DNA of 64,000 nt. Source: Myxococcota bacterium (lineage in GTDB: Bacteria > Myxococcota_A > SURF-8). The notes under the pieces are model-generated. The model saw only the letters and a program-made list of their open reading frames with translations, ran no database searches and was not told the DNA's origin. Shown one piece after another: positions 48,577 to 58,527 of this stretch; positions within the stretch are counted from its first letter, which is position 1; each line of letters starts with the position of its first letter. Where the stretch lies: the NCBI GenBank assembly GCA_965140415.1, contig OZ223209.1, positions 1,632,001-1,696,000 of the forward strand. Reading direction: 5' to 3'. The position numbers and the translations under genes were made by a program.

Positions 48577-50757
48577 TCAAGGCAATCGTTTTAAGGTGCC
48601 GCAGTCGGTACAATCAAGCCACATGGTATAGTTGCTGGTGGCGCCCCCAAAGCCGTCTACGACCAGGTACACGCTTTCTCCCTGTGTCACGTTAAAGCTT
48701 ATCGATTCGCTCTCGCCACCTATGTTAGCGGATTTATCCAGACAGGAGTCCGGGGAGCAGTCGGAAAGAAGAAACAGATCCAGATCGCCGGTGAGGTTGG
48801 TTAAGCGGGCGGTTTGTGCGCAGCTTTGCAAGGCGGAATAGCGGTAAATGATCTCCCGACCACTAACTGGTAGGGTGGAACAGGAATACGTATCCCACAC
48901 CGCGCTTCCCTGGGCGTTGTTATAGACGTGCGAGTCGTCGCAGGCCAGACCGTAAGGAGATTCACAACTTCCATTACCCGTGATGTCGCCGTCTGGATCG
49001 ACACAGCCGCAATCCACCTGAAACGTATAGTCAGACACGTTTCCATTGTAGCCTTCTACAACAAAATACATCGTCTCTCCCGCAGCAGCGGTAAGGGATA
49101 TCGTTTCGGCGGAGGTGCCGCTGTGTGTGGCGCGTTGCAGGCAGGTGTTCGGGTCGCAGTCATCCAGCAGGAAAAGATCCAGATTCTCTTGCATGTCGTC
49201 TAATCGCGCGGTGATCAGGCAGTTGCGATCCAACTCCAGATGATAGATCGCCTCGTAGCCGGTAAAGCCTGCTTTACTCGGGCAGGAATAGCTGTCCCAA
49301 ACGGAAATACCGTTTTGCTGGTTGTTGTGGAAAAAGGGTTCTCCACAAATGATCTGATGCGGGTCGCTGCAATTTCCGGTGGCGCTGTCATCGTCGGTGT
49401 CTTGATCGCCGTCGGCGTCGCAGGCACAACTTAGGCGAAATAGGTAGGATGATTGATTCTCGCCGGGAGCGTCGACCACCAGGTAATAACTTTCTCCTGC
49501 TCGTGCATCGAAGTTCAGGCTTTCGGAAGTCAATCCGCTATTGGTCGATTTTTGACGGCAGCTAAGCGGTGACAGTTCATCCAACAAAAAGAGATTGAGA
49601 TCGGCCAGCAGGCCGGTAACGGTAGCGGTGACGCGGCAATTTTGTGAGGGTGTGAAATGATAAATCACTTCTTTTGCACGTTGTCGCTCAGAACTACAGT
49701 TATAGCGCGTAAATACGGACTGACCATAAGTGTCGTTGTGGTGTCGGATTGCCTCGTTGCATGGAGCGGCAAAGATGTTGTTCAATTCGACATCCAATTC
49801 AAACGTGTCGGAATCTAGCTCATCTGAATCGATGGCATCGGTTTCGACTTGATCCAGATCGCCATCGGTGGGTGGTCGATCGGCATCTTCCATTGATTCC
49901 ACCGAATCCCATTCGATCTCCCATTCTTCATCCAACTCTGTATCGCCATCGACGGAAAAGTCGCACTGGCAGAATACCGACCAGTCGAATGGAGTAAGCT
50001 GGGAATCAAGTCCGTCCACGCTTAAATAATGATATCGTCCCTTCTCGCTGTGAAAGGAAAGGCTCTCCTCCTGCCAGCCGAAGTTGCTCGAATCCGCTTC
50101 GCAGAATTCTCCACCGCAGCCAGAAAGCCTGAACAGGTCCAGATCGCTCTGCAAGCCGGAAACACGCACCCGCACGTCGCAGTCGGCGGGAGAATAAAAC
50201 CAGAAGAGTTGTTCGGCTGCGGGATACGCAATCTCCGAGCAGGTATAGTCTGTAATGACGGATTCAAGCTCGGAGCCAGGCTCGATGCGTTCCTGTTGTC
50301 CGCAGAAGGCGCGACGAGCCAGTGGGCAATCTCCCGGTTCAGCGGCGTCGCCATCGACATAACTTTCCGGTTCCTGCTCCGCTTCGAATTCGTATTCAAG
50401 GTCGACATCGCCCGGCCAGAGTTCGTTATCACCTGACTCTACAATGTCGATGTCTTCCGTATCGCCATCGGGTTTTGTCGTCTCATCCAAATCGCCAAAG
50501 GCGTCCGGGTCGGGATCGAGATCCGCCGGGAGTGGGGATTCGTCACGATCTGCGGGTGGTATTTCCTGCTCCGTGTCGCTGTCTGATGGGGTTTCATGCT
50601 GCTCTATATCATCACGATCGGCAGCGGGCACAGGGGAGTCGAGATCAAGATCGGTATCGCCGTTTGGTGTGGAAGAACCGGAAGTACAGCTACAAATCAG
50701 CAATAACAGCAAGATTCCCAGCCCGTATCGTGCAAAACTGTTTTGCAGCATTTTCAT
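48577..50757 (-). CDS. Lipoprotein with DGD-rich linkers and four Cys-flanked PPC-like repeats
   Basis: Lipobox-like ICSC; four units Y.C...E.IY...C......DL.LFLL..C....C..S....E...F....Y.VVDG. Confidence 0.75.
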   Translation of the reverse strand: MKMLQNSFARYGLGILLLLLICSCTSGSSTPNGDTDLDLDSPVPAADRDDIEQHETPSDSDTEQEIPPADRDESPLPADLDPDPDAFGDLDETTKPDGDTEDIDIVESGDNELWPGDVDLEYEFEAEQEPESYVDGDAAEPGDCPLARRAFCGQQERIEPGSELESVITDYTCSEIAYPAAEQLFWFYSPADCDVRVRVSGLQSDLDLFRLSGCGGEFCEADSSNFGWQEESLSFHSEKGRYHYLSVDGLDSQLTPFDWSVFCQCDFSVDGDTELDEEWEIEWDSVESMEDADRPPTDGDLDQVETDAIDSDELDSDTFELDVELNNIFAAPCNEAIRHHNDTYGQSVFTRYNCSSERQRAKEVIYHFTPSQNCRVTATVTGLLADLNLFLLDELSPLSCRQKSTNSGLTSESLNFDARAGESYYLVVDAPGENQSSYLFRLSCACDADGDQDTDDDSATGNCSDPHQIICGEPFFHNNQQNGISVWDSYSCPSKAGFTGYEAIYHLELDRNCLITARLDDMQENLDLFLLDDCDPNTCLQRATHSGTSAETISLTAAAGETMYFVVEGYNGNVSDYTFQVDCGCVDPDGDITGNGSCESPYGLACDDSHVYNNAQGSAVWDTYSCSTLPVSGREIIYRYSALQSCAQTARLTNLTGDLDLFLLSDCSPDSCLDKSANIGGESESISFNVTQGESVYLVVDGFGGATSNYTMWLDCTDCGTLKRLP

Positions 50758-50781
50758 CGCGCACCTAAAAGACCTTTGGCG

Positions 50782-51849
50782 CTATGCCGAACGGATGTCA
50801 TCGGCTTTTTTCAGTGCAAAGCGGTCGGTCATACCCGAAATATAATCACAGACATCCAAGTGCCCTTCGACATCGTCTTTTAAAAGATGGCGTCGCTGGA
50901 CTTCGTAGTGGAACAGATCTTCCAACAGCGCCGCGCCTCTTTGGATGTCGGCTTTGAGATTGGCATCTTGATACATGCGCTTACGCAAAAACGCTCCCAG
51001 TTGCTTGTACGGTAAGCGAACATCGTCGGAGAGTCCCAGTAAAGGAATGATCGACGCAATGTCGGCATCTTGTCCGGCTTGTTCGATGCGACTGCGGCTG
51101 GTAGCGATCAGATCGGAAACCAGTACCGAAACGAGGTTGCGAACGCACATGCTTACCGCGATGCGGGCATCGGGCACATCGGTGGGAAGGCAGCGGCGGA
51201 TCAATTCCAGATCCAGCCCTTTTAGCTCATCCATCGACAAGTTGTGGTAACGGGCGAAGTCGTCGAAGTCGGTGGCGGTATAGGCCAGATCGTCGGCGTA
51301 ATCGGCCACGGCGGCTTCCGCCGTCTCGATTTGGTGCTCGGTGCTCAATCCGTACAGATGCTTTAAAAAGCGCTTGGCCCGCTTGGATTTGGCGATGCCG
51401 GTGATGGTTTCATAGGTCAGGTTCAAGCCTGGATAGAGCGAGGATTTGACCTCGATCAGAGTGACGACGCGCACGTTTTGCAGGTTGTGGTCGAAGCCGC
51501 CGAAAGGTTTCATCAGCCGCTCTAAGACATCCTCTCCCTGGTGGCCGAATGGTGGATGGCCCAGGTCGTGGGCCAGCGCAATCACCTCCGCCAGTTCCGG
51601 GCAGAGTCCGAGCTGTTCGGCTACCACACGTGCAATCTGCGCACATTCCAGGGTGTGCGTCAACCGGTTGCGGTAGTGGTCGCCTTCGGAAGGCGAGAAA
51701 ACTTGGGTCTTGAACGCCAGTCTGCGAAAGGCTTTGCTATACAGTACGCGACCGATATCGCGCCGGAAGTCGGAGCGCGTCGGGTCGGCATCGCTGTTGT
51801 AGCGGCGACCGATGGATTGGAAGGTGGCGTATTTCGCGGAACGGATCAT
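50782..51849 (-). CDS. dgt: dGTP triphosphohydrolase family HD protein
   Basis: F.RD..R..YS.AFRRL..KTQVF, R.RLTH.LE, AHDLGHPPFGH.GE, DYISGMTD. Confidence 0.92.
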   Translation of the reverse strand: MIRSAKYATFQSIGRRYNSDADPTRSDFRRDIGRVLYSKAFRRLAFKTQVFSPSEGDHYRNRLTHTLECAQIARVVAEQLGLCPELAEVIALAHDLGHPPFGHQGEDVLERLMKPFGGFDHNLQNVRVVTLIEVKSSLYPGLNLTYETITGIAKSKRAKRFLKHLYGLSTEHQIETAEAAVADYADDLAYTATDFDDFARYHNLSMDELKGLDLELIRRCLPTDVPDARIAVSMCVRNLVSVLVSDLIATSRSRIEQAGQDADIASIIPLLGLSDDVRLPYKQLGAFLRKRMYQDANLKADIQRGAALLEDLFHYEVQRRHLLKDDVEGHLDVCDYISGMTDRFALKKADDIRSA

Positions 51850-51850
51850 A

Positions 51851-53497
51851 TCAGCGCCTCTTTTTACCTCGTAACGTATCGAATACCAGGGCTGCACTCG
51901 AACCTAGAAACAACATGCCCCCCAGCCAGCCGGAAAGCGGTAGCCCTTGTGTAGTGGAAGCCAGCCCGACGGTGATCAGCCCTCCTGCGGCCAGAATTGC
52001 AAGCACCATGCGCCAGTTGTTGCGACGCATATCGGCCAGCAGATCCATATCGGGTACGCGCACATCCACCGCCAGCCCGCCTTGTTCGGCGCGACGCAGA
52101 ATGCTTTGCAGTTGGGAGGGCATGTCGCGGCTTAAATCCGTGATGTCGCGCAGTACCTGAATCAGATCAGCGGCCAGTCGTTCCGGTTTGTAGCGCTCCA
52201 CAACAATCGTGCGGGCGAAATCGGAACTGATATCGATCACGTTGAATTCCGGGTCCAACTCGCGCCCGATGCCTTCCAACGCGGCGATGGCGCGAGCAAG
52301 CAGCAATAAATTCTGTGGAACCTGCAAACGATGCCGCTGGGCCACGGCGGCCAGATCCATCAATAATTCCGCGGAGTTGATATCCTTTAGTGCCAGACCC
52401 ATCAGGGGTTCGAGCAATTGACGCAGGTCGGCGGCCAGCAGATCGGGGGAAACCACATCGCGTGTGCTGGTGGCCAGGCGCAAGTATTGCCGGGACACCG
52501 CACGGAAGTCGCGCATCACCAGCGATAAAAACAACCCGGCGATATCTTCCATCAGGCGTTGATCCAACCGCCCGACCAGACCGAAATCGATCAAGCCGAT
52601 TTTATTGCGGTCAACCACCATGATGTTGCCGCCGTGGATGTCGCCGTGGAAGTAGCCGTCGATAAATACCATTTTCAAGAAGGTTTGTGCGCCCAGATGT
52701 GCAATGGCCTTGATTTCCGTTTCCGTCAGATCCTGTTTGCGGATGGCATTCAAAGGGAAACCGTCTAAAAAGGTCATGGTCAGCACGCGCTGCCCCGTGT
52801 GCTCCCAAATCACCTCCGGGATTACGACCTGTGGATCGTCTGCGAAATTGCGCTGGAACTGCTCGATGTTCTGGGCTTCCTGCGTGAAATTGAGTTCGTC
52901 GCGGATCACGCGCCCGAATTCATTGGCGAGATCCACTGGGTTGATGATCGCCAGTGCGGCCACGTAGCGATCCAGCAGATTGGCAACGGTGTAGAGAATG
53001 GACAGGTCCGTTTCGATCTGTCGTTCGATGCCGGGGCGGCGCACTTTAACAACCACCTCTTTGCCGTCTTTCAATTTGGCGCGATGCACCTGGGCGATGC
53101 TGGCGGCACCGATCGGGGTTGGGTTGATGTCGTCGAAAATCGTTTCTGGGTCGACTTCCAGTTCCTTGATGATCTGAAGGCGCGCCTGCTCGAAGGGAAA
53201 GGCTACCACCTGATCCTGCAACTTGCGGAATTCCTCTATGAATTCGCGTGGAATCAGATCGGGACGGATGGAGAGCATCTGCCCCAGTTTGACGAAGGTG
53301 GTCCCCAGTTCTTCGAAAGCCATGCGCAGTCGAACCGCCGGGGAGTGGGGTTTGGAGTTGTCATCGACTTTTTGGAAGGGAATGATACGATCCAGGCCCA
53401 TCTCCTCGAACACGCTGCGGAAGCCGTGTCGACCGAAGACCAGCCCGATCTGTTGAAGTCGCTTGAGGTTTTTAAACGTCTGATTGATTTTCATCAT
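51851..53497 (-). CDS. ABC1/AarF/UbiB family kinase-like protein
   Basis: LG.TFVKLGQ.LS.RPD, ASIAQVH.A, VKV.RP, FHGD.H.GN, IDFG.VG; C-terminal TM helices. Confidence 0.92.
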   Translation of the reverse strand: MMKINQTFKNLKRLQQIGLVFGRHGFRSVFEEMGLDRIIPFQKVDDNSKPHSPAVRLRMAFEELGTTFVKLGQMLSIRPDLIPREFIEEFRKLQDQVVAFPFEQARLQIIKELEVDPETIFDDINPTPIGAASIAQVHRAKLKDGKEVVVKVRRPGIERQIETDLSILYTVANLLDRYVAALAIINPVDLANEFGRVIRDELNFTQEAQNIEQFQRNFADDPQVVIPEVIWEHTGQRVLTMTFLDGFPLNAIRKQDLTETEIKAIAHLGAQTFLKMVFIDGYFHGDIHGGNIMVVDRNKIGLIDFGLVGRLDQRLMEDIAGLFLSLVMRDFRAVSRQYLRLATSTRDVVSPDLLAADLRQLLEPLMGLALKDINSAELLMDLAAVAQRHRLQVPQNLLLLARAIAALEGIGRELDPEFNVIDISSDFARTIVVERYKPERLAADLIQVLRDITDLSRDMPSQLQSILRRAEQGGLAVDVRVPDMDLLADMRRNNWRMVLAILAAGGLITVGLASTTQGLPLSGWLGGMLFLGSSAALVFDTLRGKKRR

Positions 53498-53715
53498 CCC
53501 CTGCCTTTGGTATTTCACGCGGCGTCATTGTAGCACAGCTTGATAGAGGGCAGAAATGCATTTTGGAAAGGGGCGGAGAAAGGGAATGTTATATAACAAG
53601 ATATTTAAACTGAGCGTAGAAAAAACAAGGTACCACACTGAAAGCGCTACATCAAAAATTCAATTAAAACTGAGAGTGAACACCTAATCCGTGGGCAAAA
53701 TGAGTTGGGCTTCGC

Positions 53716-53744
53716 TTGACAGTTTCAGCCGCCCGGTTTACCTT
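53716..53744 (+). promoter_or_regulatory. Possible sigma70 promoter
   Basis: TTGACA-17 bp-TACCTT upstream of the DUF1844 gene. Confidence 0.5.
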
Positions 53745-53785
53745 ACGAAAAGGAAAACCACACGATGTTTTTCAGGGAGGATGGC

Positions 53786-54184
53786 ATGGGCGAAGAAGAG
53801 AAAAAAGACGCAGGTTGCGGTTGTCACCAGCCGACGGCATCGCCGGAACAGGCCGATAGTCGAGATCGGGAATGCGCGAAGGAAAAAGCGGAACAGGCCG
53901 CCGGTGCGTTCGGTACGCCTCCGCCCATCGATTTCTCGACCTTCATCTACTCGATGGCCACTCAGGTGTTCATTCATCTTGGCGAAGCCAAACTCCCCGG
54001 CTTGCCGGAGAGTGAGGTGGATTTACCCGCCGCCAAGCAGACGATCGACATCATCGAACTGCTGGAGAAAAAAACCAGAGGCAACTTGACCGATTCCGAG
54101 TCGAAGTTGATCTCCAACCTGCTTTACGATCTGAGATTGCGTTACGTCAAAGCTGCCAAGGCAAAGAAAGAGACGGCGTCATGA
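53786..54184 (+). CDS. DUF1844 family protein
   Basis: F..FI.S......HLG, DL..AKQTID...LL..KT.GNL...E..L....LY.LR..YV; GGAGG before ATG 53786. Confidence 0.88.
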   Translation: MGEEEKKDAGCGCHQPTASPEQADSRDRECAKEKAEQAAGAFGTPPPIDFSTFIYSMATQVFIHLGEAKLPGLPESEVDLPAAKQTIDIIELLEKKTRGNLTDSESKLISNLLYDLRLRYVKAAKAKKETAS

Positions 54185-55485
54185 GTCGGCAGCGAAATTG
54201 GGAATGGGAGGGGATTTCTGCCTGGGCAGCGGTTGTCGTTTTAAGCACGACGCTGCTGGTCACGATTTCAAGTTGCAAGCGCCGGGATGATGTAGCCGAA
54301 CCGATTTTCTCTCCCAGTCAGCGGATTCTGGGCCAGATCGACGAGGAAATCGCGGCGGAAAATCCTGTTAAACCGGCAGGGAAAAAACAACAATCCAAAT
54401 CGGTAAATACGAAAAGTAGCGATAAAAAAGTAACAGGTGAACCCAAGTCCATTGTCGCATCAACTACCGTTTCAGAAAAACCGGTAAAATCCAAGCAGAT
54501 ACAATCTCCTAAAACGAAATCGGTGGAACCCCTGTCTGAACAGGCTCTCGATGCAGAGAGAACGATGGCAGTTATCAAGCCTGCTTTGGGCCTTATTGCT
54601 GCGACAGGAAGTCAACCGCGCTATCCGGTAGTATGGTTGGGAAAGGTTGGGCTTTCTTCATTTGATGGTGCAGTACAGGGACCGCTACAGGACATTGTCA
54701 ACTCAAAAAGCGTCAACACTATATTTCCTATAACGGATTCCGGCTTGTGGTTGATAGAACGAAATACAGAAGACAAGTTCGTTGCGAAAATCCGCACAAC
54801 TCCCATGAAGCTTGGGGAATTTGTATGGATTGTTACCTTGCAGTCCGGTCGATCTCTTGCAGTTACCTCCCGAGTATCATCACTGGCCCTGCACAAGAGG
54901 AATTCACGACTCATTCAGGGTACGATGAGGTTTTTGGTTCTTGATCGGGCTTATTCTGAGCTGCTTGTTGGTGCCGCCGTAGTAGATGGAAAAGGGGCGT
55001 TGGTCGGAGTGATCACTTCCTACAACATGCAAGGGATGAGCACGGTTATTGATAGTACGGAATTGCGGGTGTTAGCCGCCAAAGGCAGCGCGGCTCGAAA
55101 TTTGTATTTTCTGCCGGAGAAGAGAGAGACTCTTTCAGAGGATAGCGTCGCTTCTCCTGCCATGCCACGCGCGTCGGAAACGGTTTGGTTGGGCCTGCAT
55201 ACTCAGGCGATCAATGCGGAGTTGGCTGAAAGCTTCGGTCTTGGCGAAAAGATTTCTGGAGCTCTGGTAACGCAAGTGCTGCCCGAATCGCCTGCACAGA
55301 AAGCGGGGTTAGCCGCCGGGGATGTGATTGTCGCCATCAATGAAAGTATGATTCACAAACTTTCGGATCTGCCCGGTGCGATGGCTCAGGCTACAGCGGG
55401 ACAGCCGCTTTCGTTGCGCGTAATACGTGAAAGCAAGGAAACGACGCTTTCCGTTGTTCCCGCCCTGCGAACTTCGGGAAAGTAA
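54181..55485 (+). CDS. Degenerate trypsin-like domain plus PDZ domain (HtrA-like, probably inactive)
   Basis: C-terminal WLG......LAESFGL...GALV..V...SPA.KAGL..GDVI PDZ; upstream G..V.....G.LVGV without the GNSGG motif. Confidence 0.7.
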   Translation: MSRQRNWEWEGISAWAAVVVLSTTLLVTISSCKRRDDVAEPIFSPSQRILGQIDEEIAAENPVKPAGKKQQSKSVNTKSSDKKVTGEPKSIVASTTVSEKPVKSKQIQSPKTKSVEPLSEQALDAERTMAVIKPALGLIAATGSQPRYPVVWLGKVGLSSFDGAVQGPLQDIVNSKSVNTIFPITDSGLWLIERNTEDKFVAKIRTTPMKLGEFVWIVTLQSGRSLAVTSRVSSLALHKRNSRLIQGTMRFLVLDRAYSELLVGAAVVDGKGALVGVITSYNMQGMSTVIDSTELRVLAAKGSAARNLYFLPEKRETLSEDSVASPAMPRASETVWLGLHTQAINAELAESFGLGEKISGALVTQVLPESPAQKAGLAAGDVIVAINESMIHKLSDLPGAMAQATAGQPLSLRVIRESKETTLSVVPALRTSGK

Positions 55486-55538
55486 GCGCCGAAGCGAGGA
55501 AATCGAAAATCAACAAAGCCCACCATCAAGGAAGGGGC

Positions 55539-55707
55539 TTTCCCTTCGCCTTCGTTCGCTCGCATTGCGTCACATTCGGCTTGTACCGTGGCGCGGGCGA
55601 CCGTCAAGGCTATATAAACGTCGCTACGCTCCGGCCTTGACCGCCACCCTTCTCCGCCACGCTTTTCAAGCCTCATGACGCGAAGCGGCTCCGTCGGGGA
55701 AGGGAAA
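55539..55707. other. ~170-nt non-coding imperfect inverted repeat (rod-like hairpin)
   Basis: Five nested complementary blocks around one axis near 55624; see findings. Confidence 0.8.
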
Positions 55708-55818
55708 ACGAAGATCTCGCCTTTTTCATCACTCGATTCGTGGAAGCGCCAAGCATGCTTGGGTCAGAGAATCCTTGTAAGATTTCGGATGATCGTCTGT
55801 CGTTGCTTTCGTGCAAGG

Positions 55819-55846
55819 CTTGACATTCGGAAAATCGTCCCCATTT
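55819..55846 (+). promoter_or_regulatory. Sigma32 (RpoH)-type heat-shock promoter of clpB
   Basis: CTTGAC-14 bp-CCCCATTT, close to the consensus CTTGAA-N13-17-CCCCATNT, about 80 bp upstream of clpB. Confidence 0.7.
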
Positions 55847-55926
55847 TATGAAGGTGGAAGTCCGGAATGAAAAGCTCTCAATCGAGGGACGGATACCCGA
55901 AGCACCGGACGACGGAGGTTTCCAAA

Positions 55927-58527
55927 ATGAGAATGGATCGATTTACAGTGAAAGCTCAGGAAGCGCTGGAACTGGCGCAGCGCACGGCGCGGGAACTCAA
56001 TCACCAGCAGGTGGAACCGATGCATCTATTATCGGCCCTGCTGGATCAGGATGGCGGATCGGTGGAGCGCATTCTGCAACGTGCAGGTATAGAGTGCTCT
56101 ATGCTGTCTCATGAGGTGAAAAGCACCTTGTCGCGCAAGCCCAGCGTGCAAGGCGCGGGGCAGATGTATCTGGCGCGGGAAATGGAAAATCTGCTGGATG
56201 CTTCGTTCAAGGAAGCAGACAAGCTGAAAGATGAGTATGTCTCCACCGAGCATATGCTGCTGGCGATGCTGGAGGCTCGCGACGAAGCCTCCCAGCTTTT
56301 AGCGAAATTCGGTGTAACGCGCGATCGTTTTTTGCGAGTTTTAAAAGAAGTGCGCGGTACGCAGCGTGTGGACGATCCCAACGCGGAGGATAAATACGAA
56401 GCGCTGGAGCGCTATGCGCGTGATCTGACGGCCCTGGCGCGTAGCGGCAAACTCGATCCTGTCATCGGGCGGGATACCGAAATCCGGCGCGCGATTCAGG
56501 TGTTGAGCCGACGGACGAAAAACAACCCGGTGCTTATCGGTGAACCGGGCGTGGGAAAGACGGCCATTGTCGAAGGGCTGGCGCAGCGGATTGTGGCGGG
56601 TGATATTCCTGAAAGCCTGAAGAATCGACGACTGGTGGCCTTGGATCTGGGAGCGCTGGTTGCCGGAGCCAAATATCGGGGCGAGTTCGAAGATCGCTTG
56701 AAAGCACTCTTGAAAGAAGTGGAAGCCGCCGAGGGCGATGTGCTGCTGTTCATCGACGAGTTGCATACGCTGGTTGGCGCGGGTGCAGCGGAAGGTTCGA
56801 TGGATGCCAGCAATATGCTGAAGCCCGCTTTGGCGCGGGGCGAATTACACTGTCTGGGTGCAACGACGCTGAATGAATACCGCAAGCATATCGAAAAAGA
56901 CGCCGCCCTGGAACGGCGTTTCCAGCCGATTCTGGTGCAGGAACCGACGGTGGAGGACACCGTTTCGATTCTTCGCGGTCTCAAAGAGCGCTACGAAGTG
57001 CATCATGGCGTTCGGATCAAGGATGCGGCGCTGGTGGCGGCGGCGACGTTGTCGGATCGCTACATTTCCGACCGTTTCCTGCCTGATAAGGCTGTGGATC
57101 TGGTGGACGAAGCGGCCAGTCGATTGCGTATCGAGATTGATTCGATGCCGGAAGAAATCGACGAGTTGCAGCGGAAAGTCTTGCAGTTGCAGATCGAACG
57201 CGAGGCGCTGAAGAAGGAAAAGGACAAGCTTTCAAAAGAACGATTGGAATTGGTGGAGCGCCAGATCGCGGAACTGACCGAGCAGGCAGACGGCATGAAG
57301 GCGCAGTGGAATCGCGAAAAGGAAGCCATCGCGCGCGTGCAGACGATCAAAGAGGAAATCGAACGGACGCGCTTTCAGGAACAGCAGGCGGTGCGCAGCG
57401 GCGAATTGGAAAAAGCGGCGCAGTTGAAATACGGGACATTGTTGCAGTTGGAAAAAGAACTGGAAGCGCGCAAAGAGGAACTGGCGAATCAGGATGCAAG
57501 CTCTATGCTGCTTAAAGAGGAAGTGGATGCCGAAGACGTCGGTCAGGTCGTGGCCAGTTGGACCGGTATTCCGGTTTCCAAGCTGCTTGAAGGCGATACC
57601 CAGAAATTGCTGGGAATGGAAAGCCGCATACGAGAACGGCTGGTAGGACAGCAGGCGGCGGTGCACGCCGTATCAGACGCCGTGCGACGTTCCCGCGCCG
57701 GGTTGCAGGAGGCGGATCGTCCGGTGGGCGCTTTTATTTTCCTGGGACCGACAGGAGTGGGAAAAACCGAACTGGCTCGGGCGCTGGCGGAGTTTCTGTT
57801 CGACGACGAACGCAACCTGGTGCGCATCGATATGTCGGAATACATGGAGAAGCATTCCGTGGCTCGGCTGATCGGCGCGCCTCCGGGTTACGTCGGTTAT
57901 GATGAAGGTGGCGCATTGACCGAAGCGGTGCGGCGTAAGCCGTATTCGGTGGTGTTGTTTGATGAAATCGAAAAGGCGCACCGTGATGTCTTTAACGTGC
58001 TGTTGCAGATTCTGGACGATGGTCGATTGACCGACGGTCACGGGCGCACCGTCAATTTCACCAATACGATTATCATCATGACCAGCAACCTGGGATCGCA
58101 GCTAATCCAGCAGTATGGTGGTGAGAGCAGCGAAGAAATGGAAAATCAGGTCATGGCGCTATTGCGGCAGGAATTCAGGCCCGAATTCATTAACCGCATC
58201 GACGATATCATCCTGTTCCACTCGCTCACTCGCGAAGATCTGCGGCAGATCGTGGATATTCGCTTGAAGCGCATCAACCGCATGCTGGCCGACCGGCAGC
58301 TATCGCTGGAACTGACCGATGCCGCCAAGGATCGTCTGGCGGAGATGGGCTGGGATCCGGTTTTCGGAGCGCGACCGTTGAAGCGGGTGATTCAGCGCGA
58401 AATCCAGGATGCTCTGGCACGGCAGTTGTTGCAGGGCGAATGTCAGAGCGGCGATTGTATCGAAGTGGATGTGCTGCCCGAGAAGGGCTTCCGCTTCCTT
58501 TCGGTGGCGCGGGAAGAGCATACATGA
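55927..58527 (+). CDS. clpB: ATP-dependent chaperone ClpB
   Basis: [22 protein letters not shown], coiled-coil middle domain, [27 protein letters not shown]. Confidence 0.98.
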   Translation: MRMDRFTVKAQEALELAQRTARELNHQQVEPMHLLSALLDQDGGSVERILQRAGIECSMLSHEVKSTLSRKPSVQGAGQMYLAREMENLLDASFKEADKLKDEYVSTEHMLLAMLEARDEASQLLAKFGVTRDRFLRVLKEVRGTQRVDDPNAEDKYEALERYARDLTALARSGKLDPVIGRDTEIRRAIQVLSRRTKNNPVLIGEPGVGKTAIVEGLAQRIVAGDIPESLKNRRLVALDLGALVAGAKYRGEFEDRLKALLKEVEAAEGDVLLFIDELHTLVGAGAAEGSMDASNMLKPALARGELHCLGATTLNEYRKHIEKDAALERRFQPILVQEPTVEDTVSILRGLKERYEVHHGVRIKDAALVAAATLSDRYISDRFLPDKAVDLVDEAASRLRIEIDSMPEEIDELQRKVLQLQIEREALKKEKDKLSKERLELVERQIAELTEQADGMKAQWNREKEAIARVQTIKEEIERTRFQEQQAVRSGELEKAAQLKYGTLLQLEKELEARKEELANQDASSMLLKEEVDAEDVGQVVASWTGIPVSKLLEGDTQKLLGMESRIRERLVGQQAAVHAVSDAVRRSRAGLQEADRPVGAFIFLGPTGVGKTELARALAEFLFDDERNLVRIDMSEYMEKHSVARLIGAPPGYVGYDEGGALTEAVRRKPYSVVLFDEIEKAHRDVFNVLLQILDDGRLTDGHGRTVNFTNTIIIMTSNLGSQLIQQYGGESSEEMENQVMALLRQEFRPEFINRIDDIILFHSLTREDLRQIVDIRLKRINRMLADRQLSLELTDAAKDRLAEMGWDPVFGARPLKRVIQREIQDALARQLLQGECQSGDCIEVDVLPEKGFRFLSVAREEHT

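Noticed and set aside
50782..51849. dGTPase as an anti-phage defence gene
   Set aside because: It sits in a housekeeping context behind a ubiB-like kinase, with no defence-island neighbours.
55539..55707. 6S RNA or intrinsic terminator call for the long hairpin
   Set aside because: I recognise no 6S consensus or its usual zapA/ygfA context, and it is too long and lacks a U-tract for a terminator; left unassigned.
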